A DNA stretch of 64,000 nt from an uncultured Legionella sp. (GTDB lineage Bacteria > Pseudomonadota > Gammaproteobacteria > UBA6186 > Azoamicaceae), in contig CAZFXA010000002.1 in NCBI GenBank assembly GCA_964522825.1, positions 23,626-87,625 on the forward strand, read 5' to 3'. This document shows, in pieces, positions 36,092 through 44,983 of this stretch. The notes beneath the pieces are model-generated. The model ran no database searches and was not told the origin of the DNA. It saw only the letters and a program-made list of their open reading frames with translations. Both the position numbers and the translations under genes were made by a program. Positions within the stretch are counted from its first letter, which is position 1, and the number at the start of each line of letters is the position of its first letter.

Positions 36092-39000
36092 GTATCTATA
36101 CCCTTAAATCCGCCTCAGAAGCTTCTAGCTATTATCAGCAAGGCGATTACAGCACCGCCTTAGGCGCGACGGAGCGTTCAGAATGGTTCGGCACAGGGGC
36201 TGAACTTTTAGGTCTCAAAGGTCCTGTCGATCACGCGGTGTTTAAGAAACTCTTAGAAGGTGAGTTGCCCAACGGAAAAATGATGAACCAAACCAAGAAT
36301 GGCAATCATCATCGACCCGGTTATGACCTAACTTTCTCGGCCCCCAAATCGGTTTCTATTCTAGGTCTGGTGGCAGGCAATGAGGCTGTTTTAGAGGCCT
36401 TTCGAGAGGCAGTTCGTGAGACCCTTCGAGCCATGGAGAAAAAATATGCAGCCACGCGTAAGAAAGATCAAGGCGTAGAGTCTTTGCAGAAAACTAAAAA
36501 TTGGACCTTTGCTTTGTTTGAACATGTAGACTCGCGTGCAGGCGATCCCGAGTTCCATATTCATGCCGTGCTTATGAATGCGACTTTAACGGAGCAACAG
36601 GAATGGCGTACCATTTTTGGGGATTATCTCTATCGAGACAAGCTCTTAAACGGTCTACAATCTCGCGCCTTTTTAGCCCCTATACTTTTAAAGATGGGCT
36701 ATGGACTCGACTTTAAATCTCATGGCCTTTTTGAAATCAAGGGCCTTGAGACCTTGATTGAGCTTTTCTCTAAACGCTCGCAAGCCATTCGTGAGGACCT
36801 TCAAAAAAGGGGTGAATCGGGTGGAAAAGCGGCCAGTCGCGCTAATTTACGCACCCGCACCGCCAAAAAAAAGCATGATCCTACCAAACGTCACGCAACT
36901 TGGCTCAAAGCAGCAGCCGAGAAGGACTTTTCTTTGAGCCGATTACAGAACTTTGAAAAAGAGGCTAAGGCTCATGGCCCTATGCCTCTACCCGATCCTG
37001 AGGTGGGTGCACGCATGGCTTTGGAGGCGGCTATAGAGCATCTGTCTGAATTTCTGCCCTCCTTTTCTATGCCAGAACTTATGAAAACGGCAGGTCAAAT
37101 CAGCCTCTATTCACACAATCCGGCTGATTTTCTTAGAATCATTGAAGCAAAAATTCAAGACAAAAGTCTTTTATACCGAGGAGAGCACTTGGTCAGCCCC
37201 CAACGCCTTCAATTAGAAGAAACGGTGAAGGAGCACCTCCAAAAGGCCAAGCCTGTGTTGGCTTTAGTATCTTCTTGGTTTCGAGAGTGGACAGCCAAAC
37301 GCGTTTGCGATGGTTCTTTTGAAGTGCAAGGCTTGGTTGCCTTATTGGGGAATACTCATCCACAACTGCTGCTTAAAGCCCAGAACCATCAAGGATTAAA
37401 AAACCTCATCAAAGGTTATTGTCAAATTGCTCAATCCCAACGCGCCTATCCCCGAATCCTCTGCCAACGCATCCAGGATGTGGAATCCCTTAAAAGCCAA
37501 ATACCTGATCAACCTGTGCATAGTATCGAAGGCTTTTTACACAGTTGTGCGCATAGAATGGCAGCACAAAAACCGATCCATCCCTTCTTAAAGTGCATGC
37601 AATACGATCGTGCACAGGCGGCTCTCGATATTTGGATTATTTTAGGCGATATGACCCTAGGCCAGGTTCAACGTCTGCAAGAAGCCTCCCTTATCTTGGG
37701 TGCGCGCTTAATCTTTGCAACAACCCATCCCAAACAAACCCATGCTTTTTTAGAAGAAGAGAAGATGCCCTTGATCAACATCGCCTGCAAAGAGAATACG
37801 CCTCTACCCGAAGCCTTGATCAAGGCCCTTCATCAATGTGAGTCCCAATCTAAAATCACTGAGATAGCCGATCCCAGTGATCGTTTAAAAGAAGCCATCC
37901 ACTGTGTGGCTACTCAAGAAATTCTTGCACCCTTGGTGGTGTTAAATGCTTTTGAGGCCACCAAAACCAATCAAGGCATTCGCACCGCCCTCGTGGAACA
38001 ACAAAGGATCACAGGACCTGTATTGGAAACTGCTATTTTAAAAGCCCTGCCTTTAAGTGCCGTTCAAAAGTCCCAAGCACATGCTTATCAGATAGGCGAT
38101 TGCTTGTATTTTGAGCGAGATCTGGAAAAAAATACGCCCACCTATTGGCGTGTGGAGGCAACTTGTCTAGAGACGGGCCTTTTAGAACTAAGCTCCAAAC
38201 ACAATCCCTTATGGGATTTTAAGCCTGCTGATCATCCCAAAGCGTTTTCTGTGTTCAGAGCAGAAACCCGAGCCCTGCAAGCAGGGGATGAAATCCAATG
38301 GACGCGTAGCCTTAAACATTTTGAGAGCAAAAAGTCCTTGGGATATCGATCCAAAAATCATAAAAGCCTGGATAGGATCAAAGGTCAAACAGCCCGTGTT
38401 TTAGCCGTGGATAGTGTTAGCCAAACGGCCACCGTAATCTTAAAAAATGGGGTTGAGATCCATCTTGATTTTAAATCCGAGGCTGATCAACACTGGGACT
38501 ATGGCTATGCCGTGCTGCTCCATCAAGCCCCCAGCGACCTTGGGCAATCGGTGCTTCTACTGGATCATCAAAAACTAGATGAACGAGCCATCACCCATCT
38601 TCATCAAGCTCTCAATGAAGGTGAACTCCCTTGTGCAAAGATTTTTTGCAGCCATGTTGCTGCCCTCAAAGATCGGATTCTACAAGGTCTCAAAGCCCCT
38701 AGTTTTGCACAAACCCCTTATGATAGAGCCGAGGCTCTAGCCAAAGATCAAACCATCAATACACATCTCTTATTTCCCGGCTTAGAGAAAGCTTATTTAC
38801 AGGCTAAAGGATCGAATCCAGCGCTAAATAAACCTTCAAAAGATGCCCCTATTGATTTAGAACTACGCTTGAGTGCTGAGGCTGTGGATCGGGCTTGTGT
38901 AGGGACTTTTGAACGAGAAGCCGTCTTAAGCAGAGAACTCCTGAAAGCCAAGGCAGCCTTTCTAGCAGGTCCTCGTGTGTCTTTTGACAACCTCGATCGT

Positions 39001-41577
39001 GCTTTTGACAGAGCCCTTAAAGAAGGTTGGTTGCGGTGTGTGGGCAAAAATGCTGAGGGTGAGGATGTATTAAGCGCCCGACATATTTTATTGATTGAAA
39101 AGCGTTGTAGGCGTGAGATTGTGGAATCCCAACATCAAGTCAAACCCCTCTTAGCCAAGGACTCGGTACTCATTGATGCTATTAGGAAAGATCCCACTTT
39201 AACCCAAGGACAAAAGGAAGCCGTTACATTAATCTTAACCACCCCACATCGCTTGATAGCCGTTCAAGGCATTGCAGGTAGCGGTAAAACGACCGCCTTA
39301 AAATGTATTCGTGAGAACGCTGAAGCCATTGGTTTTCAACCCCTGGTCTTAGCCAATTTAAGTGCGGTCAAAGAAAAGGCCAAGGATAGCTCGGGTGGTA
39401 TGCAAGCCATGACCACTGCACAGTTTCTATCCCAAAGCACCCGTGCCTTGCGTGCCAATCCCCTAAAGGCCAGACTTGATTATAGTCGTCGATTGCTGAT
39501 TTTAGATGAAGCCTCGCTTATTTCAACGGATGCTTTTTTTGAACTCATGAAGGTGGTGCAGGAGCTTGGAACCCGTTTAACCGTGATTGGGGATTTTAAG
39601 CAACAAGGCTCAATTCGATGGGGGATCTTATTTCATGATTTGATAGCCTATGGTCTTAAAACGGTGGTCATGCGTGAGAATGTACGCCTTCAAAATAGGG
39701 ATGCCTTTAAAACTATGCAACGAAGCTATGCAGGCGATATTGCAGGAGCCTTGAAGAGTCTAGGATCACGGCTCAAGGAAATCCCCGACAAAGAAGAAGC
39801 CTTGCAATTCATCATAGAAAGTTGCCAGGCCTCTGCCTTATCTCAACATAAGACTTGGGCTATTGTGCCTGGCAATGAAGATAGGCTTAAAGTCAATACA
39901 GGTATTCGTAACTATTTGATCACTCAAGGCCAATTACAAGGTGCTGCCCTTCAAACCAAAATTTTAATCCCTGTGGATCGACTAGAGGTTGAAAAACAAC
40001 AGCAGAGCTCTTACACGACCTCAGATATTTTATTATTTAATCGTTCTCCCCATCGTGCCATTCAAGTGGGTGAATATTTTCGTGTTGATCGCATAGAAAA
40101 TCATCGCTTGGTGTTACAATCGGAAAAGGGCCACATCGCCTATTGGTCTCCCAAAGATTTACAAGAACCGCAGGATGTTGAAATCTATCGATCTGAGACA
40201 CGCGAATTTTGTGTGGCTGAGCGCGTCGTGTTCACACGTAATCAAGAAAATCTGGGTCTTATTAACGGAGAGTTTGGCACCATTCTAGGCATAGAAGACT
40301 CTAAGCTGCGCCTGGAGCTCAAAGATCGCTGTGTCACCCTTGATGTGAAGGAACCATCAGCCCAACACTTTGATTATGGTTATGCCCTCACTACCTACAA
40401 AGTGCAGGGTCAAGAAGAACCTATTATCTGTTATGGAGAAAGCCCAAGGCCTTATGAGCGCTTCACCAAAAACCTAAGAATAGGGGATGAAGTCAGTTTG
40501 TCTAAAGATCATAGTCATGAGGCTTTGTCTAAACTTGCAACCGTGCAAGAAAGTGTTCAAGGATCGAAACTTCACCTGGTATCCGAAAAATCCAGAACCA
40601 CCTGGGGCTCTGAAAATACGCCTGCTCTTTTTGAGGTTCAAAAAGGTAGCTTTGAGCTGATTTTTTTCGACGCTCAAAAAGGATTTTCTCGGGTGCTCCT
40701 TCAAAACCACCCCAGAAACTTTAAGCTACAAGCCTTCTTTGAGCGCAATCTTGAAAAAGGTGAAGTCTTTTGTCGATCACAAGAAGAACATGCACTCATC
40801 GATTGGTTGTGTAAAAATGGTTGCATCCTGAAACCTGAAATCAAACTTGCCCTGATGGATCAAAACCAGAAGGTATCAACGGTATTTACACAACCCGATG
40901 CTAAGTGGTCTTATTACCCACCCTTCACTCAGCGTAAAGCTTATGAAATTCCTGCCTCCAGTACCCAACAAGCCCTGAATGTTCTCACCAGTCGTAGTGA
41001 TAAGGTCACCGTGGTTACGGCACATGCCCGAGATTTTCAAAAATGCGTCGAATGTCAAGCTTTTCCTAAACGATCGGCGGCAAGTTTCCATGATTCACGC
41101 TGGGAAGCTCTACACAAAAAAGTTGATCTGTTAGTCGCTAACATTGAGTCCCAATCCCTAAAACAAGCCGCCTTAAAAGTCGAATTAGAAGCCCTTTCAG
41201 CTATACAGCAACGAGATGCAGCCTGGCGGGTGGATGCGCAAAGACCCGACTACGATAAACAGGCATGGGCCAAGTGTGATGTCATCCTAGATACACTTTT
41301 GAAGCCCAAAGATCCTAGTGCGTCTACTGCACCCTCTTCCCCTAGCACCGCCGAGGGTATTTCCAGCTTAATTGCAGCCATGCGAGAGGCTCTCAAAGAA
41401 AGCCAAATACATAGGAATGAAGAAACACGTACACGATTGCAAACCCTTAACCAAAATATCCCCAGTGTTAACTCTAATAACCATCCTAAAACCCTTGAGG
41501 CAAGTCCTAGCAAAGAAAGTTCAGCAAGCACAAATCTTGTACCTATTAAAAAACAGGATCTTGAACGGGAACTATAG
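36085..41577 (+). CDS. traI: Relaxase/helicase TraI (MOBF, TrwC-type)
   Basis: 1830 aa. The N-terminal relaxase has SYYQQGDY and the His triad HVDSRAGDPEFHIHAV. The helicase Walker A is QGIAGSGKTT and the DE box is LLILDEASLI. The C-terminal tail is long and P/S-rich. Confidence 0.93.
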   Translation: MLSIYTLKSASEASSYYQQGDYSTALGATERSEWFGTGAELLGLKGPVDHAVFKKLLEGELPNGKMMNQTKNGNHHRPGYDLTFSAPKSVSILGLVAGNEAVLEAFREAVRETLRAMEKKYAATRKKDQGVESLQKTKNWTFALFEHVDSRAGDPEFHIHAVLMNATLTEQQEWRTIFGDYLYRDKLLNGLQSRAFLAPILLKMGYGLDFKSHGLFEIKGLETLIELFSKRSQAIREDLQKRGESGGKAASRANLRTRTAKKKHDPTKRHATWLKAAAEKDFSLSRLQNFEKEAKAHGPMPLPDPEVGARMALEAAIEHLSEFLPSFSMPELMKTAGQISLYSHNPADFLRIIEAKIQDKSLLYRGEHLVSPQRLQLEETVKEHLQKAKPVLALVSSWFREWTAKRVCDGSFEVQGLVALLGNTHPQLLLKAQNHQGLKNLIKGYCQIAQSQRAYPRILCQRIQDVESLKSQIPDQPVHSIEGFLHSCAHRMAAQKPIHPFLKCMQYDRAQAALDIWIILGDMTLGQVQRLQEASLILGARLIFATTHPKQTHAFLEEEKMPLINIACKENTPLPEALIKALHQCESQSKITEIADPSDRLKEAIHCVATQEILAPLVVLNAFEATKTNQGIRTALVEQQRITGPVLETAILKALPLSAVQKSQAHAYQIGDCLYFERDLEKNTPTYWRVEATCLETGLLELSSKHNPLWDFKPADHPKAFSVFRAETRALQAGDEIQWTRSLKHFESKKSLGYRSKNHKSLDRIKGQTARVLAVDSVSQTATVILKNGVEIHLDFKSEADQHWDYGYAVLLHQAPSDLGQSVLLLDHQKLDERAITHLHQALNEGELPCAKIFCSHVAALKDRILQGLKAPSFAQTPYDRAEALAKDQTINTHLLFPGLEKAYLQAKGSNPALNKPSKDAPIDLELRLSAEAVDRACVGTFEREAVLSRELLKAKAAFLAGPRVSFDNLDRAFDRALKEGWLRCVGKNAEGEDVLSARHILLIEKRCRREIVESQHQVKPLLAKDSVLIDAIRKDPTLTQGQKEAVTLILTTPHRLIAVQGIAGSGKTTALKCIRENAEAIGFQPLVLANLSAVKEKAKDSSGGMQAMTTAQFLSQSTRALRANPLKARLDYSRRLLILDEASLISTDAFFELMKVVQELGTRLTVIGDFKQQGSIRWGILFHDLIAYGLKTVVMRENVRLQNRDAFKTMQRSYAGDIAGALKSLGSRLKEIPDKEEALQFIIESCQASALSQHKTWAIVPGNEDRLKVNTGIRNYLITQGQLQGAALQTKILIPVDRLEVEKQQQSSYTTSDILLFNRSPHRAIQVGEYFRVDRIENHRLVLQSEKGHIAYWSPKDLQEPQDVEIYRSETREFCVAERVVFTRNQENLGLINGEFGTILGIEDSKLRLELKDRCVTLDVKEPSAQHFDYGYALTTYKVQGQEEPIICYGESPRPYERFTKNLRIGDEVSLSKDHSHEALSKLATVQESVQGSKLHLVSEKSRTTWGSENTPALFEVQKGSFELIFFDAQKGFSRVLLQNHPRNFKLQAFFERNLEKGEVFCRSQEEHALIDWLCKNGCILKPEIKLALMDQNQKVSTVFTQPDAKWSYYPPFTQRKAYEIPASSTQQALNVLTSRSDKVTVVTAHARDFQKCVECQAFPKRSAASFHDSRWEALHKKVDLLVANIESQSLKQAALKVELEALSAIQQRDAAWRVDAQRPDYDKQAWAKCDVILDTLLKPKDPSASTAPSSPSTAEGISSLIAAMREALKESQIHRNEETRTRLQTLNQNIPSVNSNNHPKTLEASPSKESSASTNLVPIKKQDLEREL

Positions 41578-41590
41578 AGTTTCTTTTTTT

Positions 41591-41908
41591 TCAGTCCTCA
41601 ACGGTATCCTGGACAGGTTCTTGAAGAGACTCTGATTTTTGCAACGCCTGATCAATTAAGCCTTGTCCATTTTCTACAAAGTTGTGGATAGTCTCTTGTA
41701 ACAAAACATAGGTCAACAACCCATAATCAGGTTGTGCTTGTGTGAGTGGCTGCTTTTGACTCTGATCGAATAAATAGCCCACCGTCTTGGGTAGGCTTAG
41801 TCCGATTTCACGGGATTTTTTCATCAAAGCCTGATGCAAGGCTTTAGGCATGCGCATCGAAGTCGACATCATTTCCTCAGAATCATCAGACACATCAATG
41901 ATTGGCAT
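41591..41908 (-). CDS. Hypothetical protein, possibly ribbon-helix-helix DNA-binding
   Basis: 105 aa. SMRMPKALHQALMKKSREIGLSLPKTVGYLF resembles an RHH (CopG/Arc) beta-strand plus two helices. It is convergent with traI, 13 nt apart. Confidence 0.4.
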   Translation of the reverse strand: MPIIDVSDDSEEMMSTSMRMPKALHQALMKKSREIGLSLPKTVGYLFDQSQKQPLTQAQPDYGLLTYVLLQETIHNFVENGQGLIDQALQKSESLQEPVQDTVED

Positions 41909-41967
41909 TTGGCTTCACTCCTTATCGTGAATCATGAAGCCAGCGTAGCTCAAGGCCATAGCCTTTA

Positions 41968-41987
41968 AAATGTCCTTTAGTACAATA
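41968..41987. promoter_or_regulatory. Imperfect second copy of the 24597 palindrome
   Basis: AAATGTCC-TTTA-GTACAATA. It shares the 12-nt string CTTTAGTACAAT with 24604-24615. It lies 60-80 nt upstream of the RHH-like gene start (41908). Confidence 0.35.
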
Positions 41988-42058
41988 TTAAGGGTAGATT
42001 GGTATCAATAGAGATAAAAATATTAAAAACAGGCGTGAGAGGATAACGACATGCAAGT

Positions 42059-42367
42059 TCATGTGGGTCGTGAACTTCTGTGTGATGTGGATTCTGGTGT
42101 ATCAGTATCGCCTGATGATGGTGGTATTGGACTGCTTGATAGTGCTGCCTGTTGTGAATCAACCTGCGATACTTGATCAGACTTTTTAGGCATTATTTTA
42201 GACAGGAAGCTGTGTAACAGTGCTGGGAGTCCTTTGGTTTCTTCCACTGTATTTGTGTCGGCAAGCGCTGTAGGGGGTGTTTTTGGATCGGTACTGCGTC
42301 TATTTCTTAATTGCTGATCAGGAACTGGTATCAAGGGTGGTGCCAGATCGCCACCATTCTGTGCCAT
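42059..42367 (-). CDS. P/S/T-rich ORF overlapping the end of the 187-aa gene; possibly its frameshifted continuation
   Basis: 102 aa: MAQNGGDLAPPLIPVPDQQLRNRRSTDPKTPPTAL... Its composition matches the neighbouring effector-like proteins. It overlaps 42318..42881 by 50 nt in another frame. Confidence 0.3.
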   Translation of the reverse strand: MAQNGGDLAPPLIPVPDQQLRNRRSTDPKTPPTALADTNTVEETKGLPALLHSFLSKIMPKKSDQVSQVDSQQAALSSSPIPPSSGDTDTPESTSHRSSRPT

Positions 42368-42881
42368 GTCTCCAAAAACGTCTATTAAGTTCAGCTAATT
42401 GAGCTCCAGGAGAAAAAGGTGGGGAGGCTGCCGTTGGTATAGAAGGAGATGATTGCTGGTCAGAAGCTTGTATCATCATCTGTTGGCGTTCTTGAATAAA
42501 TCTTGCGAGTGCGAAAGCATGGTCTGGATATTGATTATCGGGTATGGATGAAAAAGGCTGCTCTTGAATCTCCAAAGCGTTCAATATTTTTTTCACCCAT
42601 GCTTTGTGTTCTGTAGGTGTCCTCTTTTGGAAATGAAGACTAAAAAAGTCGTGTAATAGTCCTGCAATCTCGGTCGTTTTTTCAGAAAAATGGGGGCCTG
42701 TTGTAAAGCCCATCAGGTTGGCTGTTATAGAACCTGTCAATGATGGATCTAAGGTTGGGAGACCTTGTGCGGCAGTGTGGTTGGCTGGTCTTAGCTCTGC
42801 GCTAGGGTTGAAACCATCATCGGCGTGAACATCTCGCCCATCATCAGAGGAGTCATGACTATTTCCTTTGTTTGTCGGCAT
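42318..42881 (-). CDS. Effector-like hypothetical protein (paralogous N-terminal module with the 624-aa neighbour)
   Basis: 187 aa. It shares SSDDGRDVHADDGF and TGPHFSEKTTEIAGL..HKAWVKKILNAL with the 624-aa protein (SDENDSVGDRSDVHDDDGF; TGPDFNSIDDYAGW..HQAFMQRLVQGL). Confidence 0.6.
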   Translation of the reverse strand: MPTNKGNSHDSSDDGRDVHADDGFNPSAELRPANHTAAQGLPTLDPSLTGSITANLMGFTTGPHFSEKTTEIAGLLHDFFSLHFQKRTPTEHKAWVKKILNALEIQEQPFSSIPDNQYPDHAFALARFIQERQQMMIQASDQQSSPSIPTAASPPFSPGAQLAELNRRFWRHGTEWWRSGTTLDTSS

Positions 42882-42906
42882 AGGTATCCCCTAAATCCTA
42901 GCTTCT

Positions 42907-44781
42907 CTATGGTCTTCGTTTGGCTGGTTTGCTTTTAGCCGTTAGCTCGTTTACCAAGTCCGGGTACTTTGCTTTAAATTCTGCTAATACAGCTGGTGCA
43001 AGTTCCAGTGTCATGTCACTATATTTCTTGGATGCCTCCAATAGCCCTTTGGTATGGTCGGCACTCTCCGAGCTTTTAACGACAGCATGACGCTGGCCCG
43101 TTTCGTAAAAAGAGCGTATTAATAGCTCTGGCTGGGCTGGTTTTAAATTGGACACTATACGCAGCAGCTTGCTCTGCTCGTCTCGTGTCATGCTCAACGT
43201 TCCTTCAGGGGGAGGCGTTTTGCTAGAAAAACTCGCATGCCCACCCGTCCCACCGGTGAATTCCAGATCGACCTTATACCCCTGAGCTTCCATGTGTGCT
43301 GACACACGCTTGACCATCTTGTTCCACTCATCGTTATCAATAGGCTCTGTTCCTGCTACCCCGTTAGCAGGCTTAGGTGTAGAATTCTGGGATGCAGACT
43401 CTTCTTGGGCTGTTTTTTGTGGTATCAAAGGCAGCACAGCTGTTTCGTCAGAAGGATCTCGTGTGGGTGTTTTTGCTCCACTGGATTCCAGGCCCTCTAA
43501 AGTACCACGCGCCTTTTTAAGCCTATCTTGCATGGCATCACTTGTAGCCTGTGGTGTAGGAACTGCGGATGTAAAGGCGAGATCATCATTTTCAGACATT
43601 GAATCATCAGATACATCAGAAGCTTTACTTTTAGATGTATCTGAAACCGATGGTTTAGAACTAGGTACATGCGTTGTGACAGGTCTGATTGGTGTTGGTG
43701 GAACAGCAGATGCGGTTGGTTTAGTAACCGCTCGAGCAGAACCTTTAGGAACATACCTAGGGATACCTCGTGAAATACGACGAGCGTTATCAATATAGCC
43801 TGTTAATACCACAGCAAAGAATTGCTGGACTTCTATAAGGGACGTCGCTGTAAGCGCCTTTGGTGCTGGCAGCCCCAATATTTCAGACATAGCTTGAACC
43901 CATTTTCCAGGATTAGTTTCTTTTAACGTTTCATTCAATAAAAGTCTTTTGTACTGGTCATGTTGTGTTTTTGTAAGCCCCGCTTGGAATGAAGCGACAA
44001 TCCGCATTTCCATTAAGTCCTCATAGGTCGACTTTTTCCTAGTATGAGGTTCAAAACCACCACCATCAGGCGATGATGCTGTGGTAGAATTTTTTGCAAT
44101 TGCCGTTTCAGCTGCTCTTAAGCTCCCTAAATTTTTATATATGGCTTCATGCAAATTATGACAAAGCTCGAGTTTTTCAGCATCATTGCCACATTGCTCA
44201 TAAGCCTTTAAAACCCCAGCAATAAGACGTTTTTCCGATGCTGTGTCTATTAGGCCTTGTACTAGCCGCTGCATAAATGCTTGGTGTTTGGCTGGTTTTT
44301 CAAGCATCAGTTTTGTGGTCGGTACAAACCATCCTGCATAGTCGTCTATAGAATTAAAATCAGGGCCGGTTTTTTCTAAAAATGTTATAACTTCCTCCAA
44401 AGAAGCGGCAGATGTCGGTTCAGAAACTAGCGGTGTTGTTAATGCCGGTGTTGCAGCAGGTACTACAGATGCAGAAGCGTCATCATCTGACAACTTATCT
44501 GTGTGCCCACCTGGCGCAGAGTGGTAAGCACCAAAACCATCATCGTCGTGAACGTCTGAACGATCTCCTACGCTATCATTCTCATCGCTGCTTACTGAGT
44601 CTTCCCGATTCGTCTTGGCAACACGCTTTTTTGCTAATTTTTCTGCGGTGGGGGTTATGGCATCTGTTCGGGCTTCACCGGGAGTAACAGGTTTTACAGG
44701 TGCTGTAACCCTTTTGCCAGCAGTAGAGCTGGGTTGTGGCTGGTTTGGGTCCCTGTTCTCATCTTCAGGTGGTTGTTCCAT
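42907..44781 (-). CDS. Effector-like hypothetical protein, long P/S/T/A-rich disordered regions
   Basis: 624 aa with no signal peptide. Low-complexity segments flank two globular-looking regions. It shares a module with the 187-aa neighbour. Confidence 0.65.
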   Translation of the reverse strand: MEQPPEDENRDPNQPQPSSTAGKRVTAPVKPVTPGEARTDAITPTAEKLAKKRVAKTNREDSVSSDENDSVGDRSDVHDDDGFGAYHSAPGGHTDKLSDDDASASVVPAATPALTTPLVSEPTSAASLEEVITFLEKTGPDFNSIDDYAGWFVPTTKLMLEKPAKHQAFMQRLVQGLIDTASEKRLIAGVLKAYEQCGNDAEKLELCHNLHEAIYKNLGSLRAAETAIAKNSTTASSPDGGGFEPHTRKKSTYEDLMEMRIVASFQAGLTKTQHDQYKRLLLNETLKETNPGKWVQAMSEILGLPAPKALTATSLIEVQQFFAVVLTGYIDNARRISRGIPRYVPKGSARAVTKPTASAVPPTPIRPVTTHVPSSKPSVSDTSKSKASDVSDDSMSENDDLAFTSAVPTPQATSDAMQDRLKKARGTLEGLESSGAKTPTRDPSDETAVLPLIPQKTAQEESASQNSTPKPANGVAGTEPIDNDEWNKMVKRVSAHMEAQGYKVDLEFTGGTGGHASFSSKTPPPEGTLSMTRDEQSKLLRIVSNLKPAQPELLIRSFYETGQRHAVVKSSESADHTKGLLEASKKYSDMTLELAPAVLAEFKAKYPDLVNELTAKSKPAKRRP

Positions 44782-44983
44782 AAGGGTATCCTTTGTGTCT
44801 TAAAGCTATTTCTTAAGATTAAGCATAGCCCCACCTAAGAATTTTGCAAGAAAGCTATCCAATGTTGTATATGCAAACCTTGGATAGCATGCCTGAAGGC
44901 CAGATTTTGATTAGAATCAAGTACAGAAGTGTGTGCAGAAACGGCTACGGAGAGTTGACCCCTAAAAAGAGGCCTTTTTTATA

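Noticed and set aside
43292-43798. 168-aa plus-strand ORF, and other ORFs, antisense within the 624-aa effector-like gene
   Set aside because: The low-complexity P/S/T/A coding region keeps the opposite strand open. There are no start signals. The minus-strand gene is far longer and has a paralog.
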